Shown one piece after another: positions 13,283-25,076 of a DNA stretch of 64,000 nt; positions within the stretch are counted from its first letter, which is position 1, and each line of letters begins with the position of its first letter. Position numbers and translations under genes: made by a program. The stretch comes from Mobula hypostoma (Eukaryota), in assembly GCF_963921235.1 (NCBI RefSeq), contig NC_086097.1, forward strand, positions 253,768,001-253,832,000, read 5' to 3'. The notes beneath the pieces are model-generated. The model saw nothing but the letters and a program-made list of their open reading frames with translations. It did no database searches and was not told the DNA's origin.

Positions 13283-13946
13283 TAGCTGTAACATTACCTC
13301 TCTGCTCTTCAACTCAATCCCACGGCTGATGAAGGCCAATGCTCCGTACGCCTATAATTTAAAAAAATTTTTTTTAGAACTTTTCTTGAACAGTGGAACA
13401 TTGGCTATCCTCCAATTCTCTGGCACCTCTCCTTTCACTAAGGATGGTTTAAATATCTCTGCTAGGCCCCCAGCAATATCTGCACTGAGGATTTTTCCAC
13501 CCTGATTTGCCTCAGGATAACAAACACCTCCTCCTCTAATCTGTACAGCATCCATGTCGTTGAAACCATTTTGCCTCACTTCTATAGACTGTGTCCATCT
13601 CCAGAGTAAATACGGATGCAACGAATGCATTTGAGATCTCCCCATCTATTTTGGCTCCACACATGGATCACCATTCTGGTCTTCCAGAGGAGCAGTCTTG
13701 TCCCTTGCAAACCTTCTGCTCTTAACATATCTGTAGAATCACTTGGGGATTTTCCTTCACCTTATCTTCCAGAGCAACTTCATGCCTTTTTTGCCTTCCT
13801 GATTTCTTTATTGAGTATTCTCTTGCATTTCTTGTACTCCATAAGCACGCCATTTTTTCCTACCTGCCTATACCTGCTATGCACCTCTCTTTATCTCTTA
13901 ACCAGGGCCTCAATATTTCTTGAAAACCAAGGTTCCCTACTTTTGT

Positions 13947-15287
13947 TATAGAAACATAGAAACATAGAAAATAGGTGCAGGAGTAGGCCATTCGGCCCTT
14001 CGAGCCTGCACCGCCATTTATTATGATCATGGCTGATCATCCAACTCAGAACCCAGCCTTCCCTCAATACCCCCTGACCCCTGTAGCCACAAGGGCCATA
14101 TCTAACTTCCTTTTAAACATAGCTAATGAACTGGCCTCAACAGTTTGCTGTGGCAGAGAATTCCACAGATTCACCACTCTCTGTGTGAAGAAGTTTTTCC
14201 TAATCTCGGTCCTAAAAGGCTTCCCCTCTATCCTCAAACTGTGACCCCTCGTTCTGGACCTCCCCAACATCGGGAACAATCTTCCCGCATCTAGCCTGTC
14301 CAATCCCTTTAGGATCTTATACGTTTCAATCAGATCCCCCCTCAATCTTCTAAATTCCAACGAGTACAAGCCCAGTTCATCCAGTCTTTCTTCATATGAA
14401 AGACCTGCCATCCCAGGAATCAATCTGGTGAACCTCCTTTGTACTCCCTCTATGGCAAGGATGTCTTTCCTCAGATTAGGGGACCAAAACTGCACACAAT
14501 ACTCCAGGTGTGGTCTCACCAAGGCCTTGTACAACTGCAGTAGTACCTCCCTGCTCCTGTACTCGAATCCTCTCGCTATAAATGCCAGCATACCGTTCGC
14601 CTTTTTCACCGCCTGCTGTACCTGCATGCCCACTTTCAATGACTGGTGTATAATGACACCCAGGTCTCGTTGCACCTCCCCTTTTCCTAATTGGCCACCA
14701 TTCAGACAATAATCTGTTTTCCTATTTTTGCCACCAAAGTGGATAACTTCACATTTATCCACATTAAATTGCATCTGCCATGAATTTGCCCACTCACCTA
14801 ACCTATCCAAGTCACCCTGCATCCTCTTAGCATCCTCCTCACAGCTAACACTGCCGCCCAGCTTCATGTCATCCACAAACTTGGAGATGCTGCATTTAAT
14901 TCCCTCATCTAAGTCATTAATATATATTGTAAACAACTGGGGTCCCAGCACTGAGCCTTGCGGTACCCCACTAGTCACTGCCTGCCATTCTGAAAAGGTC
15001 CCGTTTATTCCCACTCTTTGCTTCCTGTCTGCTAACCAATTCTCCACCCACACCAATACCTTACCCCCAATACCGTGTGCTTTAAGTTTGCACACTAATC
15101 TCCTGTGTGGGACCTTGTCAAAAGCCTTTTGAAAATCCAAATATACCACATCCACTGGTTCTCCCCTATCCACTCTACTAGTTACATCCTCAAAAAATTC
15201 TATGAGATTCGTCAGACATGATTTTCCTTTCACAAATCCATGCTGACTTTGTCCGATCATTTCACCGCTTTCCAAATGTGCTGTTAT
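13947..15287 (-). mobile_element. Young CR1 LINE, 5'-truncated
   Basis: Uninterrupted RT frame and an intact 3' UTR with (TTCTATGT)n tail; tgttat flanks both ends (13944-13949 and 15282-15287). Confidence 0.95.
14064..15275 (-). CDS. Open 403-aa C-terminal part of CR1 ORF2 reverse transcriptase (inside a truncated element, probably not expressed)
   Basis: [36 protein letters not shown] and KFVDD motifs without stops. Confidence 0.85.
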   Translation of the reverse strand: MESGEMIGQSQHGFVKGKSCLTNLIEFFEDVTSRVDRGEPVDVVYLDFQKAFDKVPHRRLVCKLKAHGIGGKVLVWVENWLADRKQRVGINGTFSEWQAVTSGVPQGSVLGPQLFTIYINDLDEGIKCSISKFVDDMKLGGSVSCEEDAKRMQGDLDRLGEWANSWQMQFNVDKCEVIHFGGKNRKTDYCLNGGQLGKGEVQRDLGVIIHQSLKVGMQVQQAVKKANGMLAFIARGFEYRSREVLLQLYKALVRPHLEYCVQFWSPNLRKDILAIEGVQRRFTRLIPGMAGLSYEERLDELGLYSLEFRRLRGDLIETYKILKGLDRLDAGRLFPMLGRSRTRGHSLRIEGKPFRTEIRKNFFTQRVVNLWNSLPQQTVEASSLAMFKRKLDMALVATGVRGY

Positions 15288-15618
15288 CTTTACCTTTTAT
15301 TCTGACAGACACAGACAAGTTTTGTATTCTCTAAATTTAATTTTCGAAGGCCTTCCATTTTCCAAGTACACCTTTGCCAGAAAACAGCCTGTCCCAATCC
15401 ACACTTGCCAACTCATTTCTGATACCATCAAAATTAGCCATTTTCCAATTTAGAATCTCAACCTATCTTTTTGCATATTTACTTTCAAACTAAAGGATTG
15501 TGATCACTGAATGCAAAGTGCTCCACTACCTAAACTTCCGTTACCTGCCCTTTCTCATTCCCATCTAGTCCTTTCACACCATGGCATTCCCAGTCAATAT
15601 GCGGAAAGTTAAAATCTC

Positions 15619-16349
15619 CAACGAGACCTGGGTGTCATTATACACCAGTCATTGAAAGTGGGCATGCAGGTACAGCTGGCGGTGAAAAAGGCGAATGGTA
15701 TGCTGGCATTTATAGCAAGAGGATTCGAGTACAGGAGCAGGGAGGTACTACTGCAGTTGTACAAGGCCTTGGTGAGACCACACCTGGAGTATTGTGTGCA
15801 GTTTTCGTCCCCTAATCTGAGGAAAGACATCCTTGTCATAGAGGGAGTACAAAGAAGGTTCACCAGATTGATTCCTGGGATGGCAGGACTTTCATATGAA
15901 GAAAGACTGGATGAACTGGGCTTGTACTCGTTGGAATTTAGAAGATTGAGGGGGGATCTGATTGAAACGTATAAGATCCTAAAGGGATTGGACAGGCTAG
16001 ATGCAGGAAGATTGTTCCCGATGTTGGGGAAGTCCAGAACGAGGGGCCACAGTTTGAGGATAGAGGGGAAGCCTTTTAGGACCGAGATTAGGAAAAACTT
16101 CTTCACACAGAGAGTGGTGAATCTGTGGAATTCTCTGCCACAGGAAACAGTTGAGGCCAGTTCATTGGCTATATTTAAGAGGGAGTTAGATATGGCCCTT
16201 GTGGCTACGGGGATCAGGGGGTATGGAGGGAAGGCTGGGGTGGGGTTCTGAGTTGGATGATCAGCCATGATCATAATAAATGGCGGTGCAGGCTCGAAGG
16301 GCCGAATGGCCTACTCCTGCACCTATTTTCTATGTTTCTATGTTTCTAT
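15619..16349 (+). mobile_element. Young CR1 LINE 3' fragment, same subfamily as 13947-15287, opposite strand
   Basis: ORF 15652-16251 differs from the 14064-15275 product at about 8 residues; same 3' UTR and tail. Confidence 0.95.
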
Positions 16350-17189
16350 ACCGACCTTCTATTTCTTGCAACAGTCTGCAACCTCTTTACAAATTTGTTC
16401 CTCTAAATCCCTCTGACTGTTGGGTGGGCTTTCATTCAGCTGTATTAACATGGTCACGTGTTTCTTATTTCTCAGTTTCACCCATAACACCTCACAAGTC
16501 GAGTCCTGCAGTCTGTCCTGATACTGCCGTGACATTTTCTCTGACTTGTAACGTTGCCCCTTTTCCTGCTCTGTCATGTCTAAAACAATGGAACCCTAAA
16601 ATATTGAGCTGCCAGTCCTGTCCTCCTGCAACCAAGTCTCACGAATGGCTACAACACCATAATTCCAGATGTTGACCTATTGCCCTGAGCTCATCGCCTT
16701 TCCTGCGACACCTCTCGCATTGAAACATGCACAGCTCAGGACACGAGTCACACCATGCCCAACCTTCTGATTCCTGATTTTGTCTGAGGTCTTACCAACA
16801 TCTCCACTAACTGTTCTGGTACCCTGGTTCCCAACCCCTGAAGAGCTAGTTTAAACCCATAGTTACTCATGGCCTGGGTCACAGGAGGGGAGAGAGAGAA
16901 CAGACTGCCTCTGGTGAGTGTTCTGCAACCTGAAATGGGTCTAGTGTTCTGGCTGATGATCTGGAGAGTTGTTCCATAACATGCTTGTCAATTTGGAGGG
17001 CCACAGTGATGAGGCTTTCAAGGTCGATGGTCACCTCCCAGATAGACAGCTCGACTTTCAAGCGTTCTGAGAGGCCGTGATGGTAACAGGCCACCATTCC
17101 AGCCTACACTCTGCTGTCAGGGTTCAGAAGTCCATGCTGCAGATCAGCACTGAGCGTGAGCCTTGATGTAGGTGAAGTATCCAATCTGT

Positions 17190-17927
17190 TCCTTTTTTAA
17201 AGAAAGGGGCTTCCCTTCCTCCACTATCAACTCTGCTCTTAAACGCATCTTCCCCATTTCACGTACATCTGCTCTCACTCCATCCTCCCACCACCCCACT
17301 AGGAATAGGGTTCCCCTGGTCCTCACCTACCACCCCACCAGCCTCCGGGTCCAACATATTATTCTCTGTAACTTCCGCCACCTCCAACGGGATCCCACCA
17401 CGAAGCACATCTTTCCCTCCCCCCCTCTCTCTGCATTCCGCAGGGATCGCTCCCTACACAACTCCCTTGTCCATTCGTCCCCCCCATCCCTCCCCACTGA
17501 TCTCCCTCCTGGCACTTATCCGTGTAAGCGGAACAAGTGCTACACATGCCCTTACACTTCCTCCCTTACCACCATTCAGGGCCCCAAACAGTCCTTCCAG
17601 GTGAGGCGACACTTCACCTGTGAGTCGGCTGGGGTGATATACTGCATCCGGTGCTCCCGATGTGGCCTTTTATATATTGGTGAGACCCGACGCAGACTGG
17701 GAGACCGCTTTGCTGTACATCTACGCTCTGTCCGCCAGAGAAAGCAGGATCTCCCAGTGGCCACACATTTTAATTCCACATCCCATTCCCATTCTGACAT
17801 GTCTATCCATGGCCTCCTCTACTGTAAAGATGAAGCCACACTCAGGTTGGAGGAACAACACCTTATATTCCGTCTGGGTAGCCTCCAACCTGATGGCATG
17901 AACATTGACTTCTCTAACTTCCGCTAA
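17190..17927 (+). CDS. Penelope-like ORF C-terminus: Cys-rich linker plus GIY-YIG endonuclease (open, truncated)
   Basis: CKRNKCYTC linker, then GVIYCIRCSRCGLLYIGETRRRLGDRFAVH...PVATHFN...EEQHLIFRLGSLQPDGMN. Confidence 0.88.
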   Translation, partial: SFFKERGFPSSTINSALKRIFPISRTSALTPSSHHPTRNRVPLVLTYHPTSLRVQHIILCNFRHLQRDPTTKHIFPSPPLSAFRRDRSLHNSLVHSSPPSLPTDLPPGTYPCKRNKCYTCPYTSSLTTIQGPKQSFQVRRHFTCESAGVIYCIRCSRCGLLYIGETRRRLGDRFAVHLRSVRQRKQDLPVATHFNSTSHSHSDMSIHGLLYCKDEATLRLEEQHLIFRLGSLQPDGMNIDFSNFR

Positions 17928-18219
17928 GGCCCCACCTCCCCCTCGTACCCCAGCTGTTACTCTTTTTTATGCACACATTCTTTCTCTCACTCTCCTTTTT
18001 CTCCCTCTGTCCCTCTGAATATACCTCTTGCCCATCCTCTGGGTCACCCCCCCCGTCTTTCTTCCCGGACCTCCTGTCCCATGATCCTCTCGTATCCCCT
18101 TTTGCCTATCACCTGTCCAGCTCTCGGCTCTATCCCTCCCCCTCCTGTCTTCTCCTATCATTTTGCATCTCCCCCTCCCCCTCCAGCTTTCAAATCCCTT
18201 ACTCACTCTTCCTTCAGTT

Positions 18220-18256
18220 AGTCCTGACGAAGGGTCTCGGCCTGAAACGTCGACTG
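18220..18256 (+). ncRNA. Minimal type I hammerhead ribozyme (Penelope-associated)
   Basis: AGTC-CTGACGA-A-GGGT CTCG GCCT-GAAA-C-GTC-GACT: conserved CUGANGA and GAAA boxes, stems I and II, palindromic ACGT stem III and a GUC cleavage triplet. Confidence 0.8.
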
Positions 18257-19379
18257 CGCCTCTTCCTATAGATGCTGCTTGGCCTGCTGCGTTCACCAGC
18301 AACTTTGATGTATGTTGCTTGAATTTCCAGCATCTGCAGAATTCCTGTTGTTTATCCAATCTGCTGTCTGGATGGTCAAAAACCCGGTACATTTCAATGG
18401 TGAATTCCTCATATTAATTGCAAATGGTGTTTTTATTGTCCTAGTGGTGGCAGCCCAGGTCTGAGCTCCCCCAATCAAGAGAGAAGTGATGAGGGCAAAC
18501 TTCACTTTGTCTGTAGAATACAGAAATGGCTGGAGCTCGAAGTGTAAGACACACTGGGGCAGGAAGTTGCAGTATCAGGCTGGGGAACCATCAAAGCTTT
18601 TGGGCACTGGAATCTGGGGCTTCATGGCAGGGAGTTGACTGAATCAAGACAGAGTTGTTTGAGAATGGTGAGCAGATGGTTTCTTCAGATTGTGTGCTCC
18701 TGTTGATGGACAACTTCCTTTAGGTGGGCATACTCTGCTGGGGTCATTTGTGCGTTCATTCATCCTGTCAGGAAACGCAGAGGGGGCTTGGCCCAAAAGC
18801 AGAGTAGTGGAGATGATTTAGCAGTAACTGAATATTTACTAGTAAAATGCAACATAACAAGCCATGAGGGGCCACAAAACAAGAGAGAATCGAGATTTAA
18901 AATGACAAGACAACAAGATAACTGAAGGCTGGGAGCAACTGGTTGAGGCGGGCTGGTTTCATATGAGTGAACAAAGGACTGTGGATGAGAACTGGGTTTA
19001 AATGGGCTGCAGGTGACAAGTTGGAATTGAGAGGCAGGTGACACCTGCTAGTTAGGTGGAGACTGGGAGGTGCCTGTCTGTTCATGCCTGACAGATGAGG
19101 GGTGACTATGGACGCTAAGTCAATGAGTAATAAAGTGGAGGTAAATACGTTCTTGATTATTCAGTTCATCAAAGGTTACAGGGAGAAGGTAAGAGAGCAG
19201 GTTTGAGAGGAATAATAAATCAGCCATGATAGGCTTGTATTCCATTTGACCATAGAAAAGTACGTCACAGTACAGGCCTTTCAGCCGATAATGTTGTGCT
19301 GACCTATTAACCTACCTCAAGATCAATCTAACCCTTCCCTCCCACATAACCATCAATTTCTCTATCATCTGTGTATCTA

Positions 19380-20196
19380 TCAAAGGTTCAAAGGTACAAT
19401 TTAATAACAGAGAAATGTATACACTATACAAACGTTTGTACATCTTGAAATGGTTTTTCTAATGAAAACAGAGAAGTGCCCCAAAGAATGAACGACAGAT
19501 AAACGTAAGAACCCTGAAGTCCCCCCCCCAGCTCCCTTCTGTCTCACGCGTAAGCGGCAGTGAGCGACAATCTCCCCTCCCCCTCCCCCCACCAGCAAAA
19601 CAAAAGCATCGGTACCACCACCGAGCACTCACCATGAGCAAAGCAACAGCAAAGACACAGACTTTGCATTTCACCCGGCATTCGATATACCGCAGATTCT
19701 CTCTGTCCCTAATAATGGAGAAAAGGGCGTCTCTGTTTATCCCCAGCGAGCGGAGAGACATAACAAACAACTCACTGGTTACAATGTTAAAAGTCCATTA
19801 CGTCGCTTTTTCCAGGCTCTGTGCCGGAAGATCACAAAGATCTTGGATCTTCGGGCCCACAGCTGATATCATGACTCCCCAGATGACACACAGGTCTCCT
19901 GCATGGCACTGACCCTCGATCTGCCCATCTCCAGAGCCCCGAGATCTTAGGCTTCCAAATTCGAGCCGGACTCTCAGGATGAACCCTTGGCGTACCGAAC
20001 AACGGCCAGTTGTGAAACCCCGAGAATGGGTCCAATTCCTGCAAAGAAACGAAGTTAGTGTACACCTCCAGGTCAGGGTCTTCAAAAGAACCCTGAAAGG
20101 GAAAAATAAAGATATTAAAGATGGAAATAGAGCTGTTTCTGAAGATGCAAACAAAGGAGACCCATTTAGTGCCATCTTGACTTTGCACTGCCTCCT
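19380..20196 (-). mobile_element. Non-coding retroposon with CAAGATGGC near the 5' end and a (TTTGAACC)n-type tail
   Basis: gccatcttg at 20171-20179 and tail tcaaaggttcaaagg at 19380; interrupts a CR1 3' UTR, with tatcta on both sides. Confidence 0.6.
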
Positions 20197-20409
20197 CTAT
20201 CTAATGCCATCAATGTATATGTGTCTACCATCACCCCGGACAGAGTGTTGCACACACCCACCACCCACTGTGCAAAACAACATACCAAGAACATATATTG
20301 GAAGTACAGTTATAAACCAGGTTTTATATGTTTAAATAATGAAACAGAAACAATAACGTTGCAACCTTTACATCTTCTGCACACTTTCCAAAAGCCAATC
20401 CAATATCCA

Positions 20410-23121
20410 AATGAGGGGGGCAAGAGAGGCAGGGGCGTGGCACTGCTGATCAGAGAGAGGGTCACGGCTGCAGAAAGGGTGGACGCCATGAAGGGGTTGT
20501 CTACGGAGTCTCTGTGGGTGGAGGTTAGGAACGGGAAAGAGTCAGTAACTTTACTGGGTGTTTTTTATAGACCACCCAATAGTAACAGGGATATCAAGGC
20601 GCAAATAGGGAAACAGATCCTGGAAAGGTGTAATAATAACAGAGTTGTCGTGATGGGAGATTTTAATTTCCCAAATATTGATTGGCATTTCCTTTGAGTG
20701 AGGGGTTTAGATGGGGTTGAGTTTGTTAGGTGTGTTCAGGAAGGATTCTTGACACAATATGTAGATAAGCCTACAAGAGGAGAGGCTGTACTTGATTTGG
20801 TATTGGGAAATGAACCTGGTCAGGTGTCAGATCTCTCAGTGGGAGAGCATTTTGGAGATAGTAATCACAATTCTATCTGCTTTACAATAGCATTGGACAG
20901 AGATAGGAACAGACAAGTTAGAAAAGTGTTTAATTGGAGTAAGGGGAATTATGAGGCTATCAGGCAGGAAATTGGAAACTTAAATTGGAAACAGATGTTC
21001 TCAGGGAAATGTACAGAAGAAATGTGGCAAATGTTCAGGGCATATTTGTGCGGAGTTCTGCATAGGTACGTTCCAATGAGACAGGGAAAGGATGGTAGGG
21101 TACAGGAACCGGGGTGTACAAAGGCTGTTGTAAATCTAGTCAAGAAGAAAAGAAAAGCTTACAAAAGGTTCAGAGAGCTAGGTAATGTTAGATATCTAGA
21201 TAATTATAAGGCTAACAGGAAGGAGCTTAAGAAGGAAATTAGGAGAGCCAGAAGGGGCCATGAGAAGGCCTTGGCGAGCAGGATTAAGGAAAACCCCAAG
21301 GTGTTCTACAAGTATGTGAAGAGCAAGAGGATTAGATGTGAAAGAATAGGATCTATTAAATGTGACAGTGGGAAAGTGTGTATGGAACCAGAGGAAATAG
21401 CAGAGGTACTTAATGAATACTTTACTTCAGTATTCACTAAGGAAAAGGATTTTGGTGATTGTAGGGATGACTTGCAGCAGACTGAAAAGCTTGAGCATGT
21501 AATTAATAAGAAAGAGGATGTGCTGGAGCTTTTGGAAAGCATCAAGTTGGATAAGTCGCTGGGACTGTATGAGATGTACCCCAGGCTACTGTGGGAGGTG
21601 AGGGAGGCGAGGGAGGAGATTGCTGAGCCTCTGGCGATGATCTTTGCATCATCAATAGGGACGGGAGAGGCTCTGGAGGATTGGAGAGTTGGGGATGTTT
21701 TTCCTTTATTCAAGAAAGAGAGTAGAGATAGCCCAGGAAATTATAGACCAGTGAGTCTTACCTCAGTGGTTGGTAAGTTGATGGAGAAGATCCTGAGAGG
21801 CAGGATTTATGAACATTTGGAGAGGCATAATATTATTAGGAATAGTCAGCACGGCTTTGTCAAAGGCAGATTGTGCCTTACGAGCCTGATTGAATTTTTT
21901 GAGGATGTGACTAAACACATTGATGAAGGTAGAGCAGTAGATGTAGTGTACATGGATTTCAGCAAGGTATTTGATAAGGTACCCCATGCAAGGCTTATTG
22001 AGAAAGTAAGGAGGAATAGGATCCAAGGGGACATTGCTTTGTGGATCCAGAACTGGCTTGCCCACAGAAGGCAAAGAGTGGTTGTAGACGGGTCATATTC
22101 TGCATGGAGGTCGGTGACCAGTGGTGTGCCTCAGGGATCTGTTCTGGGACCCTTACTCATTGTGATTTTTATAAATGACCTGGATGATGAACTGGGGGAT
22201 AGGTTAGTAAGTTTGCTGATAACACAAAGGTTGGGGGTGTTGTGGATAGTGTGGAGGGCTGTCAGAGGTTACAGCGGGACATTAATAGGATGCAAAACTG
22301 GGCTGAGAGGTGGCAGATGGAGTTCAACCCAGGTAAGTGTGAAGTGGTTCATTTTGATAGGTCAAATATGATGGCAGAATATTGTATTAATGGTAAGAAT
22401 CTTGGCAGTGTGGAGGATCAGAGGGATCTTGGGGTCCGAGTCCATAGGACACTCAAAGCTGCTACGCAGGTTGCCTCTGTGGTTAAGAAGACATACTGTG
22501 TATTGGCCTTCATCAATCGTAGAATTGAATTTAGGAGCTGAGAGGTAATGTTCCAGCTATATAGGACCCTGGTCAGACCACACTTGGGAGTACTGTGCTC
22601 AGTTCTGGTCACCTCATCGCAGGAAGGACATGGAAACCATAGAAAGGGTGCAGAGGAGATTTACAAGGATGCTGTCTGGATTGGGGAGCATGCCTTATGA
22701 GAATAGGTTGAGTGAACTTGGCCTTTTCTCTCTGGAGCGATGGAGGATGAGAGGTGACCTGATAGAGGAGTATAAGATGATGAGAGACATTGATTGTGTG
22801 GATAGTCAGAGGCTTTTGTCCAGGGCTGAAATGGTTGCCACAAGAGGGCACAGGTCTAAGGTGCTTGGAAGCAGGTATAGAGGAGGTATCAGGGGTAAGT
22901 TTTTTACTCAGAGAGTGGTGAGTGTGTGGAATGGGCTGCCGGCAATGGTGGTGGAGGCAGATACGACAGGGTGTTTTAAGAGACTTTTGGATAGGTACAC
23001 ACAGCTTAGAAAAATAGAGGGCTATAGGTAAGCCTAGTAATTTCTAAGGTAGGGACATTTTCAGCACAACTTTGTGGGCTGAAGGGCCTGTATTGTGCTG
23101 TAGGTTTTCTATGTTTCTATG
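20410..23121 (+). mobile_element. CR1 LINE with most of ORF2 (APE endonuclease plus RT) and 3' UTR; inactivated
   Basis: GRGVALLI, GVFYRPP, MGDFNFPNIDW and LDLVLGN...GDSNHN (EN), then RT motifs. One stop at 20695-20697, frameshifts after about 22190, and a ttttctatgtttctatg tail. Confidence 0.95.
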
Positions 23122-23124
23122 ATT

Positions 23125-23605
23125 TTACTAATTCCTGCTCAGTCTCTACCGCTACCTCTGAGTGTACAGTTCATCTGGTCCGGGTGACTTGTGTGTCCTT
23201 AGGTCTTTCAGCTTTTTGAGCACCTTCGCCCTTGTAATAGTAACTGCACTCACTTCTCTTCCCCCACACCCTTCAACATCTGGCACACTGCTAGTGAAGA
23301 CTGTTGCTAAATACTCATTCAGTTCATCTGCCATCTCCTTGTCCCCCGTTATTATTTCTCCAATCTCATTTTCTAGAGGTCCTATATCAAGTCTCTTCTA
23401 TTTTTCACATACAGTACTTGGAAAATCTTTTACTGCCCACCCTTATATTGCTTGCTAGCTTGCTTTGATATTTCATCTTTCCCTCCTACTGACTCTTTTA
23501 GTTGCTCTCTAAGTTTTTGAAAGCTTCCCAATCCCCTGTTATCACACTAATTTTTGCTTTGTTGTGTGCTCTCTCTCTCTTGTTTTACGTTAGCTTTGAC
23601 TTCTG
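23125..23605 (-). mobile_element. CR1 ORF2 internal fragment
   Basis: MADELNEYL...KSPGPDELY; same subfamily as 31635-35810 and 55063-56375. Confidence 0.8.
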
Positions 23606-24120
23606 CTTGAAGCAGACCTCAATTAAGTCAGAGCAACTGTCCTGGGACCATCCTACGAAGGCACAATGGCACCTCTACTTCCTTCACAGTTTGTGGAGAT
23701 GACACGCTGAATCTAAAACCCTGACAAACCTCTATAGATGTGTGGTGGAAAGTGCATCACAGCCTGGTATGGAAACACCAATTCCAAAAAAAACCTACAC
23801 AAGTAGTTATTACGACCCAGTCTGTCATGGCTAAAAGCCCCCACCACTGAGAACATCTACATGGAGCATTATTGCAGGAAAGCAGCGTTCATCATCAGGG
23901 ACCCCCACCACCCAGGCCATGCTCTCTTCTCACTGCTGCCATCAGTCAGGAGGTACAGGAGCCTTGGGTCCCACACCACCAGGTTCGGGAACAGTTATTA
24001 CCCTTCAACCATCAGGCTCCTGCACCGTTGTGGATAAATTCACCCACCACAACTCTGAAGTGATTCTACAACCTCTGGACTCAGTGTCAAGGTCTCTACA
24101 GCTCGTATTCTCAGTATTAT
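23606..24120 (+). mobile_element. Degenerate Rex1-type LINE 3' fragment
   Basis: KAAFIIRDPHHPGHALFSLLPS-like segment followed by ttcggaacagttattacccttcaaccatcagg-type sequence. Confidence 0.65.
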
Positions 24121-25076
24121 AGAACATGGAACAAAAGGAAAGATACAGCACACGAGCAGGCTCTTTGGCTCATGATGTTGTGCCAGACCAATTAATTTAG
24201 TAATCAGATGACTAATTCAGCTAATCCCCTCTGTCTCACAATGTTCATATCCTTCCATTTTCCTCATATCCACGTGCCTACCTAAATGTCTCTTGAAAGT
24301 CCCTGATGTATCTGCCTCGACTACCATCCCAGGGAGCACATTCCAGGCACCCACCACTCTCTGTGTAAAAAAAACTTGCCCCTCACATCTCCTTTACCCC
24401 TGCTCACCTTAAGTGCATGCCCTCTGATATTAGACATTTCACATTTTTTAAAATTTGCATAATTTGTCTTTTTTTAGCACATTGGTTGTCAGTCAGTCTT
24501 TGTCTATGTCTAGGTCTTCACAAATTCTATTTTATTTATTTCTTTATTGCCCTGTAAATTTCGACAGGAAAATGAATTTCCAGGTAGATAAATACAAACT
24601 TTAATAATGGATTCACTCTGACGAGATTCCCGGAGCGCAGTCTCATGCAGAGAAGAGAACGTGGGTTTGATTTTCAGCCCGTCTGCCTGTCTGAATATTC
24701 AGTCCTCATCAATCTCATCAGGCGAGAGTGCTCCATTAAAAACGTCTGGGTTGATTGAGCTAATAGGCAAGAAGTGGCAGTGTGATGAAGGGAAGATGAG
24801 GAAATGCAGATTGGTAGGAAATGAATATAATGTGAATAATTTTTAAAAAGCAAAAACAAACTAGATGGTGTACAAGGGGATTTATGTGTTCATTTGTGAA
24901 AGGCAAGAATCAAATTAATTTATTTAGAGGTACAGCGCAGAATCTGGGCCAATGAGCCTCATCACATGGCCACCCACCAATTTAACCCTAGCCTAACCAC
25001 GGGACAATTTACAATGACCAGTTAACCACCAACTGGTACGTCTTTGGACTGTGGGAGGAAACTGGGGCACCCAGAG

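Larger units (their letters stand above)
13285..16860 (-). mobile_element. Older CR1 LINE (EN and linker region) hosting two young CR1 insertions
   Basis: GEVPENWRIANVPLFKK near 13400 and a WVKLRNKK...PPNSQRDLEEQICKEV endonuclease-domain remnant near 16400. Confidence 0.7.
17189..18352 (+). mobile_element. Penelope-like retroelement, 5'-truncated, with 11-bp TSD
   Basis: TSD tatccaatctg at 17178-17188 and 18353-18363; GIY-YIG ORF, then a pyrimidine-rich UTR and a hammerhead. Confidence 0.92.
16880..19093 (-). mobile_element. Tf1/sushi-like Ty3/Gypsy remnant: 5' LTR (18766-19093) plus decayed gag, split by a Penelope insertion
   Basis: LTR bounded by TGTCAGG...CCTGACA, followed on the minus strand by an MDPA-like start. 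YHHGLSERLKVEL...DLESLITVALQID is a sushi-type gag segment. Confidence 0.75.

Noticed and set aside
15609..16274. Antisense ORFs over CR1 copies (many in the track)
   Set aside because: They are shadow frames of the RT coding sequence and recur in every copy.
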